Shown here in pieces: positions 1-5,758 of a stretch of 27,803 nt of DNA. The stretch is taken from positions 1-27,803 of the IMG/VR virus record IMGVR_UViG_3300048598_000045; one strand, 5' to 3'. This DNA is from a virus. Its lineage: Duplodnaviria; Caudoviricetes. Numbering within the stretch: position 1 is the stretch's first letter; each line of letters starts with the position of its first letter. The notes beneath the pieces were generated by a model. It made no database searches. It saw only the letters and a list, made by a program, of their open reading frames with translations, and had not been told where the DNA came from. The position numbers and the translations under genes were made by a program.

Positions 1-64
1 CGGAGTCGCCGCTGCTACCGATCCGGGCGGAGTAGCCGCTGCTACCGATCTGGGCGGAGTAGCC
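1..64. repeat. 27-bp coding tandem repeat (at least 2.4 copies, truncated by window edge)
   Basis: CGGAGTCGCCGCTGCTACCGATCCGGG (1-27), CGGAGTAGCCGCTGCTACCGATCTGGG (28-54), CGGAGTAGCC (55-64). Confidence 0.9.
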
Positions 65-487
65 TGCGGCATACGCAGTCTTGCCCTTCGTCAGCTCTAC
101 GACGCGCTCAACCGCCTTTCGGATGAAGCCAGGGAGCGAAAGCTCCATCTTGATCGAGATTGAGGCCGAAGCGATCTTCGTTCCCTTCTCGGTCTTCTCC
201 TCGTCCATCGCGCCGGACTGCTCGGTGACGGCGTAGCGCGTCAGGCGGCCCTCATCGTCGATGATCGGGTAGAAGTCCCAGACGTGGAACGGGTCATCCA
301 TCGAGACCGCGTGGAAGCCGTTCACGCAGGCTTTGATCTCGCCCTGCACCTCGTAGGCCTTCCCGACCTCGAACTGGAAGCTGCGGCACTGAAGCGCGTG
401 GTTGAAGCCCTTGATCGTGGTGACGGTGGCCGCTCCCTTAGCGGTGGCCTCAACGTTCTTCGTCTTGCTCTTCGCCGTGGTGGCCAT
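1..487 (-). CDS. First gene of the leftward early (PL) operon; phage protein with KGF..LQCR..QFEVG..Y N-terminal domain (DUF7666-like) and GYSA(Q/R)IGSS repeats; runs off the window edge
   Basis: Not in the ORF track; manual translation MATTAKSKTKNVEATAKGAATVTTIKGFNHALQCRSFQFEVGKAYEVQGEIKACVNGFH...; ATG at 487 preceded by GAGGAG; open to the edge. Confidence 0.85.
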   Translation of the reverse strand, partial: MATTAKSKTKNVEATAKGAATVTTIKGFNHALQCRSFQFEVGKAYEVQGEIKACVNGFHAVSMDDPFHVWDFYPIIDDEGRLTRYAVTEQSGAMDEEKTEKGTKIASASISIKMELSLPGFIRKAVERVVELTKGKTAYAAGYSAQIGSSGYSARIGSSGDS

Positions 488-513
488 GCCGCCGTCTCCT
501 CTGTGATGAGGAG

Positions 514-577
514 ACAGTACGAAATGTACGAATGGCGGTCAAGTACGTTTTGTACGATTTCTGAAAAATTCGTACGA
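514..577 (-). promoter_or_regulatory. PL promoter and OL operators
   Basis: Minus strand TTGACC (542-537)-17 bp-TACTGT (519-514); operators CAGTAC-N5-GTACGA (515-531), AAGTAC-N5-GTACGA (541-557), and TCGTACGA (570-577). Confidence 0.75.
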
Positions 578-605
578 CACCTGCCATCCTCTGTCAGCAG
601 GCAAA

Positions 606-633
606 CAAAAACCCCGCCTGGTGGGGCGGGGTT
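606..633 (-). terminator. Intrinsic terminator ending the leftward immunity transcript
   Basis: Minus strand AACCCCGCC-CCACCA-GGCGGGGTT running into a T tract, 22 bp past the stop at 655. Confidence 0.8.
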
Positions 634-654
634 GCGGGGCCGGGGTCGGCATGC

Positions 655-1122
655 CTAGCGGGGTCGTTTCCGGGCTTCGTCGACCAACGACTGGAGTTTT
701 TCGTTCGTTTGGTCGAGTCGCTGCGCTGTCAGGGCCGTTGCTTTGCTCACTTCGGCCAAGCTCGATCGGACCTCTTTCATATCGGACCGAAGCTCTTTGA
801 CGTCACCTTTTAGGTCTGAAACATCACTCCGAATCTGCGCCACAAATATGGTGGCGAGAATGGCGATCGCGCCTCCGAATCCAGTGAGCAGAAGCCTCGA
901 AAGAGGATGCTCCAGCCAAGTAGCAGTAGAAGTGGGGCGCGCCATGGCTGTAGATATCTGCGATCTGGCCCCACTTGACAAGCCGGCTGATGTCAGCAGC
1001 GGGACTGACGCCGCAGGCCGATTCGGAGGTTCAACAAGCTGAGCTCGCGCCCCACCGCGGGCTGCTTGGCCAAGATGGGCGGCAACCGGAACGGTGTATG
1101 TGTCAATTGGCCGGGCGGTCAT
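655..1122 (-). CDS. Single-TM, C-terminal coiled-coil membrane protein (immunity-region accessory gene)
   Basis: TM LLLTGFGGAIAILATIFVA followed by heptads IRSDVSDLKGDVKELRSDMKEVRSSL; start at 1122 overlaps the upstream gene by 20 nt. Confidence 0.75.
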   Translation of the reverse strand: MTARPIDTYTVPVAAHLGQAARGGARAQLVEPPNRPAASVPLLTSAGLSSGARSQISTAMARPTSTATWLEHPLSRLLLTGFGGAIAILATIFVAQIRSDVSDLKGDVKELRSDMKEVRSSLAEVSKATALTAQRLDQTNEKLQSLVDEARKRPR

Positions 1123-1417
1123 TGTAGGTTGCTCTGTGTTCAGCCCTGACCCTGTCAATTTCCGCCGATGTGGTTTTCCCTTCGGCGATGAGCCGCTCAA
1201 GCCTCAAATCAAAAAATAGCGCCGTCTGGATGAAGGCTGATATCGGCATAATCACTTGCGCAACGGTGGTAATCTCTGACGGGCCAACCGCCTGAATGTC
1301 TGGGTCGAAGCGGGCAAGATAGAATTTCACGACCTCGCTATTGTTCGTCATGCTCTCCACACCATCGGAAAAAATGGCCGGCATGCCGGGATGCGGGTGC
1401 TTTGGGTTGTCAGTCAT
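1103..1417 (-). CDS. Small hypothetical protein with DUF3467-like pattern
   Basis: PAIFSDGV...VVKFYLARFDP...TTVAQVIMPISAF...LERLIAEG pattern; purine-rich SD before ATG 1417; lower GC than flanks. Confidence 0.75.
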   Translation of the reverse strand: MTDNPKHPHPGMPAIFSDGVESMTNNSEVVKFYLARFDPDIQAVGPSEITTVAQVIMPISAFIQTALFFDLRLERLIAEGKTTSAEIDRVRAEHRATYNDRPAN

Positions 1418-1504
1418 TATCCCCCCTTCCATTAACCATTCTAGGAAAACAGTCCTCTACTGACTCCCCCTGTCAGTCTCCTGACACTACGGTCGCCCTA
1501 CGGT

Positions 1505-1519
1505 GAACGAACCGTAAAC
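1505..1519 (+). promoter_or_regulatory. Candidate alphaproteobacterial LexA (SOS) box, one mismatch
   Basis: GAAC-GAACCGT-AAAC versus consensus GAAC-N7-GAAC, 20 bp upstream of the ATG at 1540. Confidence 0.4.
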
Positions 1520-1539
1520 AGTGGCGTTAGGGGACGGGC

Positions 1540-1722
1540 ATGGACGAAGAAACCGAACTCATTCCGCTTTCCGAGCTTTGGAAGATGCTTTCTCCTGCTC
1601 AGCGGGAGGAGGCGAAGCAGCAGTTCCGACTTTTATTAGGCTCTCAAAAATCGCCCGAACCGTCTCCAGTTGGCCAGCGTCCCGAAGTCTCTTTTCCCAC
1701 GAGGCCCAATCGTCGTCGTTAG
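1540..1722 (+). CDS. 60-aa ORF antisense to the repressor 3' half; candidate antirepressor
   Basis: SD AGGGGA 5 nt before ATG; helical-looking N-terminus LIPLSELWKMLSPAQREEAKQQFRLLL; LexA-like box upstream. Confidence 0.45.
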   Translation: MDEETELIPLSELWKMLSPAQREEAKQQFRLLLGSQKSPEPSPVGQRPEVSFPTRPNRRR

Positions 1723-1954
1723 CCTTTTCTGGGGCATTATTCCCGAACAAGATCCAGCCTGGGTCAACTCCGAAGGCGGCGCCGTACTTTTCCGCTGCCT
1801 TCCTGGATATATCCCGATTGCCGTTCTCGTTGCTTATAAGCGAGTTGACGTTGATCGACCGGTGAGCGCGCGCAGCCTCGCTAGGGCTGGCAAAGCCCGC
1901 CTTCTCTCTGGCCTGAATCAGTCTGTGCCGGGGCAGCTCGGTCATTTCGTACAT
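1559..1954 (-). CDS. CI-like XRE helix-turn-helix repressor lacking the S24 autocleavage domain (start 1954 or 1945)
   Basis: RLIQAREKAGF.SPSEAARA...SL.SNENGNRDIS...AEKYGAAFGVDPGWILFG HTH_XRE signature; divergent from the cro-like gene. Confidence 0.88.
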   Translation of the reverse strand: MYEMTELPRHRLIQAREKAGFASPSEAARAHRSINVNSLISNENGNRDISRKAAEKYGAAFGVDPGWILFGNNAPEKANDDDWASWEKRLRDAGQLETVRAIFESLIKVGTAASPPPAEQEKASSKARKAE

Positions 1955-2020
1955 TTGACGCAAGTGCGTCGTCCATAGTGTACGATTTTGCTTGACCGCA
2001 TCTCGTACAAAAGGTACGAA
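1947..2020 (+). promoter_or_regulatory. PR promoter and OR operators
   Basis: TTGACC (1992-1997)-17 bp-TACGAA (2015-2020); perfect operator TCGTAC-AAAAG-GTACGA (2003-2019), TCGTCC-ATAGT-GTACGA (1969-1985), half site TCGTAC at 1947. Confidence 0.78.
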
Positions 2021-2027
2021 TTGCGAC

Positions 2028-2270
2028 ATGTCGAATGTCCCATCATCCATTTCCGGTCTCATCGACCATTGGCCAACGATTGGCGAATTCGCCTCCGAGG
2101 TCGGCTGCGGCTACGAGGCCGCCCGCCAAATGAGGCGCCGCGACAGCATCGCGCCTGAACATTGGCAGAATGTCATCTCGGCGGCCAAGCGGCGCGGCAT
2201 CAGCGGCGTCTCCCTCGGTTGGCTGGCAGAGACCCGCGCCAAGCCCCAATCCCATGGAGAGGCGGCATGA
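2028..2270 (+). CDS. Cro-like HTH regulator
   Basis: LIDHWPTIGEFASEVGCGYEAARQMRRRDSIAPEHW Cro/YdaS-like pattern; divergent from repressor. Confidence 0.85.
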   Translation: MSNVPSSISGLIDHWPTIGEFASEVGCGYEAARQMRRRDSIAPEHWQNVISAAKRRGISGVSLGWLAETRAKPQSHGEAA

Positions 2271-2533
2271 GCGACCTCCGCGCCATCATGGACGACATCC
2301 TCGCGCTTCATGCTGAGGAAGACGAGATCAAGGAGGCTCGCAAGGGCCACTACGCGGACGCGCAGGAGGCCGGCTTCGACAAGGCCGCGCTGGGCCTCGC
2401 GATCCGGACCATCCGCGCTCGCCGCAAGCAGGAAACCCCTGCCGCTCTCGAAAAGCAGAGCAAGGCTGACCAGTACGTCGAGCAGTACGACGCCTCGCAC
2501 GTACACGTACGTGCACGCGAGGAGGCTGCTTAA
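2267..2533 (+). CDS. GapR-like (DUF2312/UPF0335) DNA-binding protein
   Basis: LRAIMDDILALHAEEDEIKEARKGHYADAQEAGFDKAAL...IR.RRK; ATGA overlap with cro stop. Confidence 0.8.
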   Translation: MSDLRAIMDDILALHAEEDEIKEARKGHYADAQEAGFDKAALGLAIRTIRARRKQETPAALEKQSKADQYVEQYDASHVHVRAREEAA

Positions 2534-2731
2534 ATGGCGCTCAGCCCCGTCATGGTCGGACTGGATTTTCTCGGAGACGAGCCGGTCGTCCGCATCGCCA
2601 TCGGCAAGGAATTCCGCATCGTCCCTCGCGGGAACGCCAAGTTCCTTGCGGAGCAGATTCTTGCCGTCATCGCGGTTGCGGAGACGATCCCGCCCGTCGA
2701 GGGCGATGACGACGAGCAGGAGCCCTGCTGA
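2534..2731 (+). CDS. Hypothetical phage protein
   Basis: Abuts upstream stop, GGAGG SD, typical codon usage. Confidence 0.65.
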   Translation: MALSPVMVGLDFLGDEPVVRIAIGKEFRIVPRGNAKFLAEQILAVIAVAETIPPVEGDDDEQEPC

Positions 2732-2732
2732 C

Positions 2733-2831
2733 ATGACCCTCCTCGGCTTCCTCATCTCCCTCTCTCTAGGCGCCTGCATAGGTGTCTTCATCGCCGGCCT
2801 TCTGGCTGCTGCGAAGGACGACCTCGCATGA
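2733..2831 (+). CDS. 32-aa hydrophobic peptide
   Basis: MTLLGFLISLSLGACIGVFIAGLLAAAKDDLA; AGGAG SD upstream. Confidence 0.55.
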   Translation: MTLLGFLISLSLGACIGVFIAGLLAAAKDDLA

Positions 2832-2911
2832 CCGCCTATCGCCTCATGCTCTTCGTAGCTGCTTGCCCTGTCGCGTTCTTCGCCATGCGTCTCGTCGAGG
2901 TGATGGGATGA
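2828..2911 (+). CDS. 27-aa hydrophobic peptide
   Basis: Manual translation MTAYRLMLFVAACPVAFFAMRLVEVMG; ATGA overlap, AAGGA SD. Confidence 0.4.
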   Translation: MTAYRLMLFVAACPVAFFAMRLVEVMG

Positions 2912-2924
2912 TGGATTTCAGTTC

Positions 2925-2991
2925 CTCGCGCGTGGGCTCCTCCCCCCTGCTGCCGCGCGAGTGGCGGGGCGGCCTCACCGGCCGTCCCGCC
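2925..2991 (+). other. Tandem two-hairpin RNA element with CUCCUCCC loop
   Basis: CTCGCGCG (2925-2932)/CGCGCGAG (2954-2961) and GGCGGGGCGGCC (2963-2974)/GGCCGTCCCGCC (2980-2991). Confidence 0.55.
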
Positions 2992-3091
2992 TGCCTCCAT
3001 ACGCTGTCGCACGTCCTGCAAGATTGCCGCGACCAGCGTGTCCAACCGCTCCATCTGTTGGTTCCTCCGTGCCCCCCGAAAGGAGCACGTC

Positions 3092-3505
3092 ATGAACCGG
3101 CAGAATCCCCGGAGTTCCCGTCAAATCGCCCGCAGTACGGAGTTGCCTGACATGGGCATTGCAACGCTCGCGCATTTCTCGCGCGCCATGATCCGCTTCG
3201 AACAGGCCAGAGCTGGCCTTACCGTCGAAGCCGCCACGCGGCGTGTGGCGAACCGCATCAAGACCACCGTCAATACCATCGACGGCATCCTGCGTCAGCG
3301 CACCAAGCGCGTCTGCGAAACCCTCCGCACGCGCATCGTCGCCGCCGCCCTTTCCGACATCGAAAAGCAAATCGAGCAGCTCGATCATGAACGACGGCTT
3401 CTGGAAGCTATGGGCTTTGGCCCGTCTCACGACGACTGCCGAACTGCTGAAGATGCGTTGGAGACGGCTCGTTCGTGCCTTGCTCGGATGAGGGGCGGAC
3501 GATGA
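3092..3505 (+). CDS. HTH/coiled-coil phage regulator at the CII position
   Basis: AAGGAG SD before ATG 3092; TVEAATRRVANRIKTTVNTIDGILRQRTKRV HTH-like segment then coiled coil. Confidence 0.7.
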   Translation: MNRQNPRSSRQIARSTELPDMGIATLAHFSRAMIRFEQARAGLTVEAATRRVANRIKTTVNTIDGILRQRTKRVCETLRTRIVAAALSDIEKQIEQLDHERRLLEAMGFGPSHDDCRTAEDALETARSCLARMRGGR

Positions 3506-4059
3506 CCCTCGCAGCTATCGAATATACCGACGCGGAGCAGATGCGGGCGGATTACGCCGCCCGCCGCCGCCGGTTTTTCCACACCCCGAATATTGTATCG
3601 CTGGAAGCTGTCCGTCGCGACGTTCCGACGCCGGTTCAAGAGCTTGCGCCGGAAGCCTCAAACGACCCCGTCGTAGAAATCCCCAATTTCCTTTCGCTCC
3701 GCGACAGGGCTCGGGATTGGGTTGATCTGACGAGCAAGGGCGCGCTCAAGCCGGCAGATTCCACCATCGTCCTGCGCATCGTCGTCGAGCAGCTGGGTAT
3801 CAGCAAGCGCGACATCATCAGCGAGCGCCGGACAGCCGAAGTCATGCGCCCTCGGATGATCGCCTGCTGGCTCATGCGCAAGGCCACGACGATGTCGCTG
3901 CCGATGATCGGCCGCAAGATCGGCCGCCGCGACCACACCACGGTCCTCAACGCCTGCCGCAAGATCGACAGGCTCCGCGAGCGTGAGGAGGGCCTTCGCG
4001 CTCTCACCGATCAGCTTCTCACCATGGTCGAAGAGGAGATCGCCTCATGCGAGGACTGA
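3502..4059 (+). CDS. DnaA C-terminal (domain IV) HTH-containing protein
   Basis: GISKRDIISERRTAEVMRPRMIACWLMRKATTMSLPMIGRKIGRRDHTTVLNACRKI is the DnaA domain IV signature; no AAA+ domain. Confidence 0.9.
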   Translation: MTLAAIEYTDAEQMRADYAARRRRFFHTPNIVSLEAVRRDVPTPVQELAPEASNDPVVEIPNFLSLRDRARDWVDLTSKGALKPADSTIVLRIVVEQLGISKRDIISERRTAEVMRPRMIACWLMRKATTMSLPMIGRKIGRRDHTTVLNACRKIDRLREREEGLRALTDQLLTMVEEEIASCED

Positions 4060-4298
4060 TCCCTTACGCCGGTTCGGAACGGCCGCGCATCATCAGCCTT
4101 GATATGGCTCGTCCGAGCATGGCGGCGATGTATGCCCCGCCGCTTGCAACCTCGCTTAGCGAAGCCCGGCAGAACGACGCGCTGCGTCTGTTCCGCTCTG
4201 GCTTCGACACGGTTGATATCGCCCGCAGGCTCCAATGCACGCAGGCTGCCGCTGCTAATGGCCTGTACGACGCCCGTAGTCGGGAGCGCGGGCAATGA
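4047..4298 (+). CDS. Small HTH hypothetical protein
   Basis: ALRLFRSGFDTVDIARRLQCTQAAAANGL; GAGGAG SD; overlaps both neighbours. Confidence 0.7.
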   Translation: MRGLIPYAGSERPRIISLDMARPSMAAMYAPPLATSLSEARQNDALRLFRSGFDTVDIARRLQCTQAAAANGLYDARSRERGQ

Positions 4299-4690
4299 AA
4301 GTCGTCACGCTAGACCTGCCGCTCCCGCCGTCCGCAAACGTCCTCTGGCGGACGAACAAGACCGGCCGCACCTACCTCAACCCAAAATACCGGGACTGGC
4401 GGAAGGCCGCGCTCACCAGCTTGTGGGCACAGAAGCCGGCCGGGGGCTTCCCTTTCTTCGATGGCCAATTCGAGGTGCAGATTGTCGTCGCGCTCAAGAT
4501 GCAAGGCGATATCGATAATCGAATTAAGCCCGCGATCGATTTTCTGGCGACGGCCAACATCATCGCCAACGACAAGTTCGCTCAGAGAGCCACGATAGCG
4601 CGCTCGTCTGACATCAGGCGCGGCATGTGTCGCGTGTTCGTGTTCGAAGGCCAAGCCCCCAGCCTCCTGAGCGCTGTGGAGGCCGCATGA
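4295..4690 (+). CDS. rusA: RusA-family Holliday junction resolvase
   Basis: LPLPPSANVLWR, YRDW, GDIDNRIKPAIDFL, IIANDKF motifs. Confidence 0.88.
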   Translation: MKVVTLDLPLPPSANVLWRTNKTGRTYLNPKYRDWRKAALTSLWAQKPAGGFPFFDGQFEVQIVVALKMQGDIDNRIKPAIDFLATANIIANDKFAQRATIARSSDIRRGMCRVFVFEGQAPSLLSAVEAA

Positions 4691-5442
4691 GCCGCGTCGA
4701 GCACCTGTCCGAGGACGTGACGCTGTACCTGGGGGATTGTCTCGACATTCTTCCGGGGTTGTCGGTCGACCATGCCATCAGCGACCCGCCGTATGAAGAT
4801 GAGCTTCACAAGGCGATGGGCCGCATACGTCGTAACGACGGTCAGGAGATGACTCAGGATCTCGGCTTTGCCGGCGTCAACAGTGAACGGTCGGCCATCG
4901 CTGCGGCCTGCGTAAGTGCTTCGTCTGGCTGGGTTATTCTGTTCACGCTGGCTGAGGGCGTCCGCGCATGGCGCGACGACCTACAGGCTGCGAAAGCTAA
5001 ATGGGACACGACCTGCTTCTGGGTGAAGCCCGACTCTTCGCCCCGCTTCAACGGGCAAGGCCCTGCGCGTGCTGCTGAGTGCTTCGTGACGTGCTGGGCT
5101 GGTACTGGCTACCGGAAATGGAACGGCGGCGGAAAGCGCGGGCTCTACACCCATTGCGTCAACACCGGCCGGCAGGGCGAGCACCCGACCGAGAAGCCCG
5201 TGCCGCTCATGGTCGAGATCGTCGCTGACTTCACCCAGCCGGGCGAAACCATCTGCGACCCGTTTATGGGCTCCGGCACGACTGGCGTCGCCTGCGTGCG
5301 GCTAGGGCGCGGCTTCATCGGCATCGAGCGCGACCCCAAGTGGTTCGACCTCTCGTGCCGCCGCATCTCTGACGAGCTTCGCCGCCCTCGGCTCCAGCTT
5401 GAGCCTGTCGCCAAGCAAATTCAGGAGGCCATGCAGCTATGA
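4687..5442 (+). CDS. Orphan N6-adenine/N4-cytosine DNA methyltransferase (beta class)
   Basis: LYLGDCL, SDPPY, HPTEKP, DPFMGSGTTG motifs; ATGA overlap at 4687. Confidence 0.93.
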   Translation: MSRVEHLSEDVTLYLGDCLDILPGLSVDHAISDPPYEDELHKAMGRIRRNDGQEMTQDLGFAGVNSERSAIAAACVSASSGWVILFTLAEGVRAWRDDLQAAKAKWDTTCFWVKPDSSPRFNGQGPARAAECFVTCWAGTGYRKWNGGGKRGLYTHCVNTGRQGEHPTEKPVPLMVEIVADFTQPGETICDPFMGSGTTGVACVRLGRGFIGIERDPKWFDLSCRRISDELRRPRLQLEPVAKQIQEAMQL

Positions 5443-5588
5443 CCCGCACTGGTACCTTCCAGTTTGTCCGGAATGGCGATGTGGAAGCCTTCCACAGGCG
5501 CGGCTGGATGATTGCCGGCGACCTTGGCCGGACGCATGGTGTCTGGTCCGTCCTCATGTGGCGCTGCGAGTGCGGGGTGGCGCAATGA
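5439..5588 (+). CDS. 49-aa hypothetical protein
   Basis: Manual translation MTRTGTFQFVRNGDVEAFHRRGWMIAGDLGRTHGVWSVLMWRCECGVAQ; ATGA overlaps at both ends. Confidence 0.65.
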   Translation: MTRTGTFQFVRNGDVEAFHRRGWMIAGDLGRTHGVWSVLMWRCECGVAQ

Positions 5589-5758
5589 GCAAGGACAAGC
5601 ACCCTGCCAAGCTCGTCGGCCAGCGCGTCCGCATCAGGTGCGAGGGTGAAGTGCTGAGCCAGCATGAAGCCGGCCCCACGGCCCCCGAGCGCGTCTCTGT
5701 CCGCGTTGGCGGGATCGTCACCATTGTGCCTGTCGCGAATGTCGAGGTGGTCCGCTGA
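5585..5758 (+). CDS. 57-aa beta-rich (SH3/KOW-like) hypothetical protein
   Basis: MSKDKHPAKLVGQRVRIRCEGEV...; coupled to both neighbours. Confidence 0.65.
   Translation: MSKDKHPAKLVGQRVRIRCEGEVLSQHEAGPTAPERVSVRVGGIVTIVPVANVEVVR

Noticed and set aside
1-64. 27-bp repeats as a CRISPR array
   Set aside because: Head-to-tail repeats without spacers, in frame within a CDS, no cas genes
494-515. Inverted repeat GTCTCCTC/GAGGAGAC as an RBS-sequestering hairpin for the PL gene
   Set aside because: The predicted PL start (about 507) lies in the loop, so the upstream arm would not be in the PL transcript; relevant only for read-through RNA
284-658. 124-aa plus-strand ORF
   Set aside because: Antisense to the PL gene and runs through the PL promoter, operators and terminator
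1955-2062. N-terminal extensions of repressor (to 2062) and cro (from 1992) in the ORF track
   Set aside because: They overlap the operator/promoter region and each other; the 1992 TTG is the -35 hexamer
2782-3150. 122-aa ORF (or 2908-3150 version) in the early operon gap
   Set aside because: Atypical composition, crosses strong hairpins and overlaps the 3092 gene; not excluded but unsupported
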